64,000 nucleotides of DNA from Kiritimatiellia bacterium (GTDB lineage Bacteria > Verrucomicrobiota > Kiritimatiellia > RFP12 > UBA1067). Below the pieces are notes generated by a model. That model saw nothing but the letters and a program-made list of their open reading frames with translations. It had not been told where the DNA came from and ran no database searches. Made by a program: the position numbers and the translations under genes. Of this stretch, positions 27,626-37,713 are shown one piece after another (positions within the stretch are counted from its first letter, which is position 1; the number at the start of each line of letters is the position of its first letter). The stretch is taken from positions 8,799-72,798 of the forward strand of contig JAFXTB010000048.1 in assembly GCA_017525225.1 (NCBI GenBank). Reading direction: 5' to 3'.

Positions 27626-28797
27626 TGGGTGCCGGCATGGAGATGCGCGTGATCGATCCCGTGTCCGGAACGGATTCCGGCAGCGATGCGCGGTATCTGT
27701 CGGTCCCCGGCCTTGTAGACGTGCATGTGCATTTCCGCGACCCCGGCCAGCCCGAGGCCGAGACGCGCGCTACCGGCGCGGCGGCGGCCGCAGCCGGTGG
27801 ATTTACGGCGGTCGTCACCATGCCCAACACCAGTCCGGCCGGCGATTCGCCGGCATGGGTACGCGAGCAGATCGAGGACGCATCGCTGCCTGTGGCGATA
27901 TGGCCGTCGGCATGCATCACGAAAGGGCGCCTCGGACGCGAGGTGGCCGACCTGGAGGCGCTCGCTGCGGCTGGCGCGGTGGCGTTCACGGACGATGGAT
28001 CGTTCGTGGAGGACGCGCATGTGATGGAATCGGCGATGCGCCGCGCCGAGAAGCTGGGCATCCCAGTGATGCAGCATGCCGTGGTGCCGGCGCTGCTCGC
28101 GGGCGGCGTCCTGCGCGACTGCGCGGTGGCGCGCCGGTTCGGTCTGCCGACGATGCCGCCCGAGGCCGAGACCGAGGCCGTGCGGCGCGACATCGCGCTC
28201 GTGCGCACGACCGGATGCCGCCTCCATGTGCAGCATGTCTCATGCGCCGGGACCGTGGAGCTAATCCGTGCCGCCAGGCGCGAGGGCCTGCCCGTCACGG
28301 GCGAGGCGACTCCGCACCATCTTCTCTTCTCTTGCGACGACATCCCTGCGGACGACGCCAACTGGAAGATGGCCCCGCCGCTCGGTTCGCGCGAGGATGT
28401 CGCCGCCATACGCGAAGGTGTCAAGGACGGCACCCTGGGCATGTTCGCTACCGACCACGCGCCGCACTCCGCCGCGAAGAAGGCGGGCGGCTTCCGCAGC
28501 GGAGCCAACGGCATCATCGGCCTCGAGACGGCCGTTGCCGCGACATGGCAGGCGATGGTGGTCGAAGAGGGCATGTCGCCCCTGGAATGGACGCGCCGAT
28601 GGACGACCGGTCCGGCGGCCCTCGTGGGGAAGCCGCTTCTTGGCCGTACGCTGATCGATCTCAAGGCGGACCGGACGGTCGAGCCGGACATGTTCCTTTC
28701 AAGGAGCAGGAACCAGCCGTATGCCGGACTTGCCTTCCAAGCATGGCCGAAGGCGGTTCGTGACGATGTATCCATGACTGAACAGGAAAAGGAGTAA
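27622..28797 (+). CDS. pyrC: dihydroorotase (amidohydrolase superfamily)
   Basis: LVDVHVHFRDPGQ (HxH metal motif) and FATDHAPHS. ATGA overlap with the PNP stop. Confidence 0.8.
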   Translation: MMGAGMEMRVIDPVSGTDSGSDARYLSVPGLVDVHVHFRDPGQPEAETRATGAAAAAAGGFTAVVTMPNTSPAGDSPAWVREQIEDASLPVAIWPSACITKGRLGREVADLEALAAAGAVAFTDDGSFVEDAHVMESAMRRAEKLGIPVMQHAVVPALLAGGVLRDCAVARRFGLPTMPPEAETEAVRRDIALVRTTGCRLHVQHVSCAGTVELIRAARREGLPVTGEATPHHLLFSCDDIPADDANWKMAPPLGSREDVAAIREGVKDGTLGMFATDHAPHSAAKKAGGFRSGANGIIGLETAVAATWQAMVVEEGMSPLEWTRRWTTGPAALVGKPLLGRTLIDLKADRTVEPDMFLSRSRNQPYAGLAFQAWPKAVRDDVSMTEQEKE

Positions 28798-28799
28798 AG

Positions 28800-30017
28800 A
28801 TGAAACTGATGGAAGATGCACGATCCAATGCTGCATGGCTGACGTGCCTGGCAACGGCGTTCGCATGCCTCGCGGCGGCGGCGCAGATGGAGTCGTTCAA
28901 CACGGACTATCCCGGCGCGAACGGGAAGCTCCAGTCGATAGACCGTGCCTCACGCACAGTGCGCTACGAGTCGGACTGGCGCGGAGGCAGCCACTACTGG
29001 TTCAATTTCGAGGCTCGCGGCTTCACCGGCAGATGGCGGTTCATAGGCTCGCGCATCACCAAGGTGGGCCCGGCAGTGAGCGAGGATGGCGGCAAGAGCT
29101 GGTACTTCCTCTACCCGAGTGCCGACGCCCAGCGCGAGATATTCGACTTCGACTTCGGCGATGTCGCAAGGCCCGTGCGCTTCGCACTGTCGATCCCGTA
29201 CCAGCTTGCCGACTGGAACCGTCTGGCGGACCGGATCCGCGGCAAGGAGGGCGTGAAGCTTGGCGTGCTGTGCAAGGACCGTCTGGGTACGCCGGCGCCG
29301 GTCCTGGAGATATGCCGTTCGGAAAGGCCGGAGTGGACCTTCCTCTTCACCGCCCGCCACCATGCGTGCGAGTGTTCGGCGAGCTGGGTCATGGAGGGCC
29401 TGATCGACGAGGTCCTTTCCGATACTCCGGAGGCGCGCTGGGTGCGCGAACGGGCGCGGATCGTCTGCGTGCCGTTCATCGATCTCGATGGCGTGGAGCA
29501 GGGCGAGCAGGGCAAGAGCCGCAAGCCGCACGACCACAACCGGGACTACGCGCAGGAACTCTATCCCACGATCAAGGCGCTCAAGGCGTACGTCAAGGCG
29601 CATTGCATGGACGGCAGTCTTGTGTTCATCGACATGCATTCGCCTGGCGTGCGCGGCATCGAGCACGACCACTACTATGGTCTGGGACCCGCAGGCGAAG
29701 GCCCGAACCGCCTTTGGCTCGCCTACAGCCGCGAGCTGGAAAAGGCGACGCGCCGTGCCCGGCTGCGCTACGATCCGCAGTGGGACATCCCGTTCGGGCG
29801 GCCCTGGAACACGGAGGCGCTTTTCTACAGCAGCAACGACCTGGTGAAGTCCGACCGCTACTTCGCCTCGCTGCCCAACTGCAAGCTTGCCTTCTGCATG
29901 GAGTACGGCTACGGCCTGTGCGGCGGCATATTCTGTCCTGAAGGGGCGAACGAAGTAGGCCGCTGCACGATCAAGGCGGTAGTCAGATCGCTGACCGGCC
30001 AGTCGAATGCCAGGTGA
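28800..30017 (+). CDS. secreted M14-like zinc carboxypeptidase-family protein
   Basis: Signal peptide. FTARHHACECSASW (HxxE zinc motif), NRDY, and a later MHS histidine. AAAAGGAG SD. Confidence 0.5.
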   Translation: MKLMEDARSNAAWLTCLATAFACLAAAAQMESFNTDYPGANGKLQSIDRASRTVRYESDWRGGSHYWFNFEARGFTGRWRFIGSRITKVGPAVSEDGGKSWYFLYPSADAQREIFDFDFGDVARPVRFALSIPYQLADWNRLADRIRGKEGVKLGVLCKDRLGTPAPVLEICRSERPEWTFLFTARHHACECSASWVMEGLIDEVLSDTPEARWVRERARIVCVPFIDLDGVEQGEQGKSRKPHDHNRDYAQELYPTIKALKAYVKAHCMDGSLVFIDMHSPGVRGIEHDHYYGLGPAGEGPNRLWLAYSRELEKATRRARLRYDPQWDIPFGRPWNTEALFYSSNDLVKSDRYFASLPNCKLAFCMEYGYGLCGGIFCPEGANEVGRCTIKAVVRSLTGQSNAR

Positions 30018-30045
30018 AGGCGGTGTGCCGAAGGAGGCTGGAGCC

Positions 30046-31146
30046 ATGGCAGAGGGAACGGCATCTATCCTGGTCGCATGTGCGATAAGCGCCATGGCGT
30101 TCGCCAGGGCGCCGTGGAAGTCGGACATGCCCGACAAGGATTTTGTCTGGTTTGATGGTTCGCAGCTTCCGCTCGAAGGCAAGGGGTTCAAGGCCGCCGG
30201 CGGGGACCTCTACGCCAGGCTGCCCGCCGAACTGCGCGCAAGGCCCGATCTGGAAAAGATAAGGGGCATGGCCAGGAACTCGACAGGCATCAATTTCAGG
30301 TTCAAGACGGATTCCGACCTCATGCGCATCCGCTGGTCGTTGGCGAACGACCCGCCCTACGGCAGCGGTGCCTCCACCGGCCTTGCGCATTCCGGCATAG
30401 ATGTCTATTCATGGTTCTCCTGCCACGGCTGGCGCTTCTGGCAGAACGACTTCCCGCGCGGACGCACGAACACGCTGGACGTGGTCTGGAAGCCGGGTAG
30501 GGCCTGCACGGTCTATCTTCCGCTCTTCAACAAGGTGGAATCGTTCTCGATCGGAATAAAGAAGGGGACTTCCATCTCCAGGGCGAGGGCGCATGCGCTA
30601 GACAGGCCGGTTGTGGTGTACGGCACGTCGATGGTCAACGGTTACAGCTCGTCGCGCCCGGGAACGTTGTGGACGTCCATCCTGGGACGCATGCTCGACG
30701 TGGAGATCGTCAACCAGGGTTATTCCGGCAACGGCAAGCTTGAAGAGTCCATGCTGGAATTTCTCGGCGGCATCGACGCGGCGGCGTACTGCTTCCTGTG
30801 CTGCGGCGAGCAGCATACCATCGAGACGATGCGCGCCCTGTACCGCCCGTTCCTGGAGCGTCTCCACAAGCGGCGTCCCTCTGTGCCCATAGTCCTCGGC
30901 GAATACTACTACGTGCACGGACGGAACGCGTTCGCGTTCGACAATCCGAAGCGCGACTTCATCGCCGACCTGGTCGCGGAACTCAAGGAAAGCGATCGGG
31001 AGTTCTGGAAGAACCTGTACATCGTCCGTGCCAGCGACATGACGACCCCGGAAGGAACCTTCGACATCGTGCATCTGAACGACATAGGCGCGCAGAAGAT
31101 GGCCGAAGCGTTTGCCGATGCCCTGCGCCGCGCCCTTGACCTGTAA
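30046..31146 (+). CDS. SGNH/GDSL-family hydrolase paralog (NanS-like O-acetylesterase candidate)
   Basis: Paralog of 12320..13504: VVVYGTSMVNGY, HLNDIG (DxxH-like), same N-terminal beta-sandwich region. AGGAGG SD 9 nt before ATG 30046. Track start 30007 overlaps the upstream gene. Confidence 0.7.
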   Translation: MAEGTASILVACAISAMAFARAPWKSDMPDKDFVWFDGSQLPLEGKGFKAAGGDLYARLPAELRARPDLEKIRGMARNSTGINFRFKTDSDLMRIRWSLANDPPYGSGASTGLAHSGIDVYSWFSCHGWRFWQNDFPRGRTNTLDVVWKPGRACTVYLPLFNKVESFSIGIKKGTSISRARAHALDRPVVVYGTSMVNGYSSSRPGTLWTSILGRMLDVEIVNQGYSGNGKLEESMLEFLGGIDAAAYCFLCCGEQHTIETMRALYRPFLERLHKRRPSVPIVLGEYYYVHGRNAFAFDNPKRDFIADLVAELKESDREFWKNLYIVRASDMTTPEGTFDIVHLNDIGAQKMAEAFADALRRALDL

Positions 31147-31172
31147 GGCCCGCCGATATTCGTCGCGGGGGC

Positions 31173-31202
31173 TTGCGGATTCATGCGGGAATTTGGTATA
31201 AT
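31173..31202 (+). promoter_or_regulatory. sigma70-like promoter TTGCGG-18-TGgTATAAT, 7 nt before ATG 31210 (leaderless-type)
   Basis: TTGCGG 31173-31178, TATAAT 31197-31202 with upstream TG, ATG 31210. Confidence 0.5.
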
Positions 31203-31209
31203 GGCCCAC

Positions 31210-32106
31210 ATGAAAACCAAGAAACTTGAAGGGTTGGTCGCAGCGGCGCATACGCCGTTCGCGAAGGACGGTTCGGTGGACGTGGATCAGGTGCCCCGCC
31301 AGGCGGCGGCGCTCCTGAAGCAGAAGGTGATCGGCGCATACGTGTGCGGCACCACGGGCGAGGGCATATCCTGCTCTGTCGAGGAACGCAAGGCTGTGAT
31401 GGCGGCCTGGGCGCGCGCGGCGAAGGGGAAGCTCTTCCTCATCGCACACACGGGCGCGCTCGGCCTCACCGACGCGCAGGAGCTGGGGGCGTACGCCGAG
31501 GAGCTCGGATATGACGCCGTATCGGTGGTGCCGGCAAACTACTTCAAGCCTGGCTCCGTAGCGACGCTCGTCGACTACCTCAACGCCGCGCTTGAAGGCT
31601 GCCGCAATACGCCGTTCTACTACTACCACACCGGCATGAGCGGAATCCATCTCGACATGCAGCAGTTCCTCGAGAAGGCCGACGGCCGCATCCCCAACCT
31701 TGCCGGCATCAAGTTCAACTATCCCGACCTCTACATGTACCAGCGCTGCATGCGCTGCTGCGGCGGCAAATACGACATCACGTGGGGGATCGACGAATGG
31801 TTCGCTGGCGCAGTGGCCTGCGGCGCGAAGAGCGCCATCGGCTCCACATACAACTACGCCGCCCCGATATACACCCGCATAGCCGAGGCCGTGCGAAAGG
31901 GCGACCTGAAGGCGGCCGAGAAGGGCATGAAGAAGGTGTGCGACATCGTGGACATCCTCGTGCAGTACGGCGGCGTGGCCGCCGGCAAGACGATGATGGC
32001 CGTGCACGGGATGGACCTGGGCGACGTTCGCCTGCCGTGCGTGCCGCTTACGGCGGCGCAGAAGGCCGACTGCATCGCGCGACTCCGCAAGATAGGCTAC
32101 CGCTGA
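31210..32106 (+). CDS. N-acetylneuraminate lyase / dihydrodipicolinate synthase-family aldolase
   Basis: GTTGEG motif, Schiff-base lysine context AGIKFNYPD, 299 aa. Context: downstream of SGNH esterase, with sialidase and mutarotase-symporter nearby. Confidence 0.7.
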   Translation: MKTKKLEGLVAAAHTPFAKDGSVDVDQVPRQAAALLKQKVIGAYVCGTTGEGISCSVEERKAVMAAWARAAKGKLFLIAHTGALGLTDAQELGAYAEELGYDAVSVVPANYFKPGSVATLVDYLNAALEGCRNTPFYYYHTGMSGIHLDMQQFLEKADGRIPNLAGIKFNYPDLYMYQRCMRCCGGKYDITWGIDEWFAGAVACGAKSAIGSTYNYAAPIYTRIAEAVRKGDLKAAEKGMKKVCDIVDILVQYGGVAAGKTMMAVHGMDLGDVRLPCVPLTAAQKADCIARLRKIGYR

Positions 32107-32123
32107 CAACCGGGGAGGTGACC

Positions 32124-33614
32124 ATGGGTATCGCAGGAGCCGGCAGGGCACTCGCCCTTGCCATAGCGGTGGCGGCGCTTGCCGCCGCCGGACATGGAGC
32201 TGTAGGCGCTCAGGACGTGATTCCGGGCGGCTGCGCGGCGTTCTCGCCGGACGGTCGGAGCATCGCGTTCCAGCGCGAGCGCGGCGACTGGTATGATCTC
32301 GTGGTACGCGACATCGCAACCGGCGCGGAGACCGTGATCGAGACAGGCGGGCCTTTCCGCGCCGGCCAGCCCGCATGGGGGCCGGACGGTTCGCTCGCCT
32401 ACATACTGTGTCCCGCCACGAACACCGCGTTCGAGGCGGCGGTCGCGAAGAGCGAGGACGGCTGCAACATCTGGCTGTGGAAGGACGGGGCCAGGCGTCG
32501 CCTCACGTGGGGACGCTTCCGCGATTCGACGCCGTCGTTCGGTCCCGACGGCCTAATCTACTTCGCCTCGTCGTTCCCCGACGGGAAGAGGGGGCTGCCG
32601 GCCCTCTTCACGGTCGATCCGTCGAAGAATGGTGCCGACGGCCGTCCGGAGAGGAAGGTGATATACAAGGCGCCGGCGATGCATTCGACGGGCGTGTCGC
32701 AGCCGACGGTCTCTCCGGACGGCAGGCTGCTCGTCTGGGCGGAGCTCGACGACTTCGAGGATGTATGGCATATCTGCGTATCCCGCGCGTCCGACACCTC
32801 CAAGGCTCAGCGGCTGACATCCTTCGGCGTGTGGGCGTACGCGCCCAGGTGGTGTCCGGATTCGCGCCACCTCGTATGCACCGCGTTCCGCGCGGGCGAT
32901 GAATCGTGGGGCGTGTTCACGGTGGACGTGCGCACGGGCGCGATGGCGCGCCTCTTCACGGGCGAGGAGCCGTCCGTATCCCCCGACGGACGCAAGCTCG
33001 TCTATGAACGCGACGGGGGAATACGTTTCGTGGACATGAAGCCGGAGTTCCTTCCGTCCGGCGACGTCTGCGGGAGGAAGGTCAGCGACGAGCCGGAACG
33101 CGTACTCCTTTCGCGCGGCGACATGGATAACAAGACGATTGTCGCCCTCGACGATTCGCTCAAGTTCGGCGCCGACCGCACGTTCTTCGTGCGCGCTGAA
33201 TTCGACTACGACGGCGATGCCTCGCTCTACCAGGACGTGGCGCGCGGAGCCTACGAAGAGAGCTCTCTCGGATTCAACCTCTATCTCGCCAAGGGGATTC
33301 CGCACTTCGGTACGCGCGACATCCGCAACCAGCACTTCCGCGTGTATTCCGGCGCGAGGTTCAGGAAGAGACACGGGGTCCTCACGGGCATACGTACGCG
33401 CGACGCCCTCTACCTGTACGTCGAGGGCGACGCCGATGGCGACAGGCTCTATTCCAAGGGCATGAGCCGCGGCGCGATCGCGCTCGACCACCCGAAGCAG
33501 ATGGTGGTGGGCGGCACCTTCAAGCCCAAGAGCCGCGTGCGAAAGATCGAGGTGGGCACGGGCTGGCCAGCCAACGTCCCGCAACCGTTCAATGGAGAGG
33601 AGCTCTTCAGATGA
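32124..33614 (+). CDS. secreted PD40/TolB-like beta-propeller protein with a C-terminal beta-sandwich-like domain (cassette copy 1)
   Basis: Signal peptide. AFSPDGRSIAFQRERGD, WGPDGSLAY, VSPDGRLLVW, VSPDGRKLVY PD40 blocks. GGGGAGG SD. Paralogs at 34812 and 42388. Confidence 0.65.
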   Translation: MGIAGAGRALALAIAVAALAAAGHGAVGAQDVIPGGCAAFSPDGRSIAFQRERGDWYDLVVRDIATGAETVIETGGPFRAGQPAWGPDGSLAYILCPATNTAFEAAVAKSEDGCNIWLWKDGARRRLTWGRFRDSTPSFGPDGLIYFASSFPDGKRGLPALFTVDPSKNGADGRPERKVIYKAPAMHSTGVSQPTVSPDGRLLVWAELDDFEDVWHICVSRASDTSKAQRLTSFGVWAYAPRWCPDSRHLVCTAFRAGDESWGVFTVDVRTGAMARLFTGEEPSVSPDGRKLVYERDGGIRFVDMKPEFLPSGDVCGRKVSDEPERVLLSRGDMDNKTIVALDDSLKFGADRTFFVRAEFDYDGDASLYQDVARGAYEESSLGFNLYLAKGIPHFGTRDIRNQHFRVYSGARFRKRHGVLTGIRTRDALYLYVEGDADGDRLYSKGMSRGAIALDHPKQMVVGGTFKPKSRVRKIEVGTGWPANVPQPFNGEELFR

Positions 33615-34804
33615 GAAGCGCAAAGACGATTCTCGCGGCGGCCGCGTGCGCCATCGCTTTTTCAGGACTCGATGCGGGGCAGCTCTACCGCGCCGCGCTC
33701 GTTGACAGCTTCGACTTCGCAAGGTACTTCGACTGCGAGACGAAGAAGGGAACTGTGCAGATAATAGACCACGTCCTCTCGCACGGCGGCAACGCCGTAT
33801 GGTGGCGCGCGAACGGCGGCGCTGTGCAGCGCTACCCTAGCAGGCTGGAGGACGGCCCGATGCTCGAGAATCCGTTCGACAAGCGCCGCCTCCCCGACGA
33901 GCGCGAGTACTACGGTTGGCTCCGACTCGATCGCGGCGAGACGAACCTCATCGCATACGCGCTCGGATGCTGCCGTGCGCGCGGAATCCCCAACGGGATA
34001 CACGTCTCGTACGAGGAGAACCACTGGAGCGCGACGATGATCGGCGGCTGGAACCTCCGCCATCCGCAGTACTGGGTGCGCACTAAGAACGGTCCGCCCT
34101 GGCCCGGCCGCGCGTCGATGGCGTTCCCGGAGGTGTTCGAACGCAAGGTCCAGATGATGGGCGAGCTCCTTGACATGGAGCCCGAATGGCTTTACATCGA
34201 CATGTGGAGGGCGGGACGCTGGTCGCTCGTGTACGAATACGTGGAGCCGATGGTGAAGGCCTGGCGCGAGAAGTACGCCTGCGAGCCGCCGGACGACCCG
34301 GAGGATCCGCGCTGGATAGAGCTTTTCGAGCCCATCCAGACGGCCTACTTCCGCGCCATCAAGCGCGAGATCGCGAAACGCGGCGGCAAGACGAAGCTCT
34401 GCGCGGGACTTCCCCACATGAACGCCGAGGAGGACGTCAACTACAAGACCCTCGCGCTCAACTGGCGCAAGCTGGCGGCGGAGGGGACGCTCGACGGGAT
34501 AGCCGTGACGAGCATACGTCTTCCCCCGAAGGCGAAGGGCGAGGCGTTGTGGGGTGTCATCCGCGACGCGTACATGTACGCGAAGAAGAACAGCGGCAAG
34601 GCCGAGACGTTCTTCCACTGCAGCATGTACGACTACCAGAAGGGCATACCGACCTACAAGGACCGCACCGGACTCTCGGCCGGGGAGTGCGCGAAGCGCC
34701 TTCTCGATCTTGCAGAGGAGTGTGGCGGCAAGGGCGTGGTGCTCGAATGCGTGGACTATCCAAACTATCCCGCCGACGTTGTGGGGGAGCTGAACAAGAG
34801 GTAG
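33611..34804 (+). CDS. secreted hypothetical protein, putative TIM-barrel glycoside-hydrolase-like (cassette copy 1 partner)
   Basis: ATGA overlap with the upstream PD40 gene. Signal peptide. Conserved blocks SHGGNAVWWR, GWNLRHPQYW, EPEWLYIDMWR, VLECVDY shared with 36299 and 43848 paralogs. Confidence 0.55.
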   Translation: MRSAKTILAAAACAIAFSGLDAGQLYRAALVDSFDFARYFDCETKKGTVQIIDHVLSHGGNAVWWRANGGAVQRYPSRLEDGPMLENPFDKRRLPDEREYYGWLRLDRGETNLIAYALGCCRARGIPNGIHVSYEENHWSATMIGGWNLRHPQYWVRTKNGPPWPGRASMAFPEVFERKVQMMGELLDMEPEWLYIDMWRAGRWSLVYEYVEPMVKAWREKYACEPPDDPEDPRWIELFEPIQTAYFRAIKREIAKRGGKTKLCAGLPHMNAEEDVNYKTLALNWRKLAAEGTLDGIAVTSIRLPPKAKGEALWGVIRDAYMYAKKNSGKAETFFHCSMYDYQKGIPTYKDRTGLSAGECAKRLLDLAEECGGKGVVLECVDYPNYPADVVGELNKR

Positions 34805-34811
34805 CGAACCC

Positions 34812-36302
34812 ATGGAACGGACGACGCGAATCATGATCTCCACGGCCATGCTGGCGGCCGCCATCACCTGCGGAGCATCTGCCGCTCGGGCGGCCGGAGC
34901 GTCCATCGCGGGCGACTGCGCCGTGTTTTCGCCGGATGGCGGACGCATCGCCTTCCAGCGCGAGCGCGGCGACGCATTCGACCTTGTGGTGCGCGACCTG
35001 TCCACCGGCGAGGAGACGCTGGTCGAGAAGGGCGGGAAGGTGATCGCGGGCCAGCCGGCGTGGGGGCCGGACGGCTCGCTCGCCTACGTAATGATGCCCG
35101 CCACCAACACCGCGTACGAGGCGGCGGTCGCCAAGAGCGAGGACGGAAGCAACCTGTGGCTGTGGAAGGACGGCGCCAGGCGCCGGATCACCTGGGGGCG
35201 GGTGCACGATTCCACGCCGTCGTTCGGTCCGGACGGACGCATATACTTCGCCTCGGCCTGCGGCTACGCGCAGAGAAAGGCCGGCACGCCCGCCCTGTTC
35301 GTCGTCGATCCCCGCGAGGCCAGGCCGGAAAGGAAGATGATATACTTCGCCCCGAACGCGCGTACGATATGCGTGTCGACGGGCGTCTCGCAGCCCTCCG
35401 TCTCGCCGGACGGCAAGCTGCTTGTCTGGACCGAGATCAACGCCCTGGACGACGTATGGCACATCTGCATCGCCAGGCTCTCGGATCCGGCCGGCACGAT
35501 GCGCCGCCTGACGCCTTTCGCCATGTGGGCGTATTCGCCCCGCTGGTGCCCCGACGGCCGGCACGTGGTCTTCACCGGGTTCAACGCCGGGGACGATGGG
35601 TGGGGAGTGCATGTGGCCGATGCGCGTACCGGGGCGATCAAGCGCCTCTTCCCGGGCGAAGAGCCGTCCCTTTCCGCCGATGGGCGGCGCATCGTCTTCA
35701 CGCGCGACGCGTCGCTGAGGTTCGCGGACGTCACGCCGGACACGTTCACCTTCCGTGCCGGGGATTCCCGCTCCCAGCCCTGGGACGAGCCGGAGCGGTT
35801 GCTGCTTGCGAAGACGAACATGACGAATTCGATGTCCGCAGCCCTCGGGGACGACTTCAAGTTCGGCAGCGACCGCACGTTCTTCGTGCGGGCGGAGTTC
35901 GACTATGACGGGGACATCTCGAAGAACCACGACATCGTCCACGGCATCTACAAGGAGAGCCATATCGGATTCCACCTCTATCTCATCAAGGGTACGCCGA
36001 ACTTCGGCACGCGCTACCCGGACAACAGGCATCTGCATATATGCTCCAACGGCAAGTTCAAGGACCGCCACGGCATGCTGACGGGCATTCGCACCAAGGA
36101 CGCCATCTACCTGTACGTCGAGGGTGGCGGGTTCTACTCCAAGGGCCTGGGCAAAGGGGCGATCGCCCTCGACCATCCGATCCGCGTCGAGGTAGGCAAC
36201 GCGCTTTCCGGTTCGGTCAGTCTCGTGCGAAAGCTCGATATCGGAACCGGGTGGCCTGTGAACGTGCCAAAGCCATTTGCTGGAGAGGAGCTGTTCAAAT
36301 GA
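34812..36302 (+). CDS. PD40/TolB-like beta-propeller protein (cassette copy 2)
   Basis: About 65-70% identical to 32124..33614 by eye (AVFSPDGGRIAFQRERGD..., same C-terminal FFVRAEFDYDGD block). Confidence 0.65.
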   Translation: MERTTRIMISTAMLAAAITCGASAARAAGASIAGDCAVFSPDGGRIAFQRERGDAFDLVVRDLSTGEETLVEKGGKVIAGQPAWGPDGSLAYVMMPATNTAYEAAVAKSEDGSNLWLWKDGARRRITWGRVHDSTPSFGPDGRIYFASACGYAQRKAGTPALFVVDPREARPERKMIYFAPNARTICVSTGVSQPSVSPDGKLLVWTEINALDDVWHICIARLSDPAGTMRRLTPFAMWAYSPRWCPDGRHVVFTGFNAGDDGWGVHVADARTGAIKRLFPGEEPSLSADGRRIVFTRDASLRFADVTPDTFTFRAGDSRSQPWDEPERLLLAKTNMTNSMSAALGDDFKFGSDRTFFVRAEFDYDGDISKNHDIVHGIYKESHIGFHLYLIKGTPNFGTRYPDNRHLHICSNGKFKDRHGMLTGIRTKDAIYLYVEGGGFYSKGLGKGAIALDHPIRVEVGNALSGSVSLVRKLDIGTGWPVNVPKPFAGEELFK

Positions 36303-37531
36303 AAACCTTGCATTCATCCGGGGAACTTACGGCGGCAAGGCGTTTCGCCCGTGCATCGCGCATGGCGTTCGCGGCGGCGCTTGCCGTGGCGGCGCTGCCG
36401 GCAAGCGGCCTCTACAGGGCCGCGCTCGTCGACAGCTTCGACTTCGCCCGCGTCTTCGACTGCGAGACGAAGAAGGGGTCCGAGCAGATAATCGCGCACG
36501 TCCTCTCGCACGGCGGCAACGCGGTGTGGTGGAGGTCCAACGGCGGGGCCATCCAGCGCTATCCCAGCAGGTTCGAGACGGGGGCTGCCCTGAACAGGCC
36601 GTTCAACAAGCTGCTGCCGCCCGACGAGCGCGAGTTCTACGGATGGCTGCGGCTCGACCGCGGCGAGACGAACCTGATAGCGCACGTCCTCGGCTACTGC
36701 CGCGAGCACGGCATCCCGAGCGGCATCCATACGGCCTACGAGGAAAACCACAACAGCATAAAGTGGATAGGCGGATGGAACTCCCGCCATCCGCAGTACT
36801 GGTCGCGCACAAGGAAGGGCATCCCATGGCCGGGGAGGACGTCCATGATGTTCCCGGAGGTGTTCGAGCGCAAGGTGAAGATGATGTGCGAGCTGCTGGA
36901 CATGGAGCCGGAGTGGCTCTTCCTGGACATGTGGCGCTGCTGCTGGTCGCTCGTATACGAGTATGTGGAGCCTATGTGCGCGGCATGGCGCGAGAAGTAC
37001 GGATGCGAGCCGCCGGAAGACCCGCAGGATCTCCGCTGGGTCGCGCTCTTCGAGCCGGTCCAGACGGCGTTCTTCCATGCGATCAGGCGCGAGATAGCGG
37101 CGCGCGGCAGCAAGACGAAGTTCTGCATAGGACTGCCGTACATGACGCCCGAAGAGGACATCAACTACAAGAGGCTCGGGCTCAACTGGCGCCAGCTCGC
37201 GGCCGACGGAACGGCCGACGCGCTCGCGGTGATGTGCGTACGCCTGCCGAAGGACGCGAAGGGTGAGGCCGTATGGGAGGCGACGCGCGCCGCGTACAGG
37301 CACGTCTACGAAAACCGGGGCAAGGCGGAGGTGTTCTACCATTGCAGCATGTATGACGGCGGCCAGGTTTGCATTCCGGCCTACCGCAAGCGTACGGGTC
37401 TTTCCAACGGCGAATGCGCCAAGCGCTTCCTCGACCTCGCCGAGGAATTCGGCGGCAAGGGCGTGGTGCTGGAGTGCGTGGACTACGGAAACTATCCAGA
37501 CGATGTCGTGAAGGAACTGAACAAGAGGTGA
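36299..37531 (+). CDS. putative glycoside-hydrolase-like secreted protein (cassette copy 2 partner)
   Basis: ATGA overlap. Close paralog of 33611..34804 (LYRAALVDSFDFARVFDCETKKGS..., EPEWLFLDMWR). Confidence 0.55.
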   Translation: MKTLHSSGELTAARRFARASRMAFAAALAVAALPASGLYRAALVDSFDFARVFDCETKKGSEQIIAHVLSHGGNAVWWRSNGGAIQRYPSRFETGAALNRPFNKLLPPDEREFYGWLRLDRGETNLIAHVLGYCREHGIPSGIHTAYEENHNSIKWIGGWNSRHPQYWSRTRKGIPWPGRTSMMFPEVFERKVKMMCELLDMEPEWLFLDMWRCCWSLVYEYVEPMCAAWREKYGCEPPEDPQDLRWVALFEPVQTAFFHAIRREIAARGSKTKFCIGLPYMTPEEDINYKRLGLNWRQLAADGTADALAVMCVRLPKDAKGEAVWEATRAAYRHVYENRGKAEVFYHCSMYDGGQVCIPAYRKRTGLSNGECAKRFLDLAEEFGGKGVVLECVDYGNYPDDVVKELNKR

Positions 37532-37650
37532 GAAGGGTCTGAAGCCATGAAAGTTGTAGACATGAAGCATTTCGTTTCCCGCGTTATGCCGGTAGCAGGT
37601 GTTTGTGAGGTAGTGAGGTGACTTGACTTGACTCGATGGAACAGGTTTAC

Positions 37651-37699
37651 GAAGGTTGTGAAGGTTGTGAGGGTTGTGAGGGTTGAGAAGGTTGTGAAA
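37651..37699 (+). repeat. 5 x 9-bp tandem repeat GARGGTTGW immediately upstream of the RBS of giant gene 1
   Basis: gaaggttgt gaaggttgt gagggttgt gagggttga gaaggttgt read directly. ATG at 37714. Confidence 0.8.
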
Positions 37700-37713
37700 A
37701 GAAAGGAAAAAAG

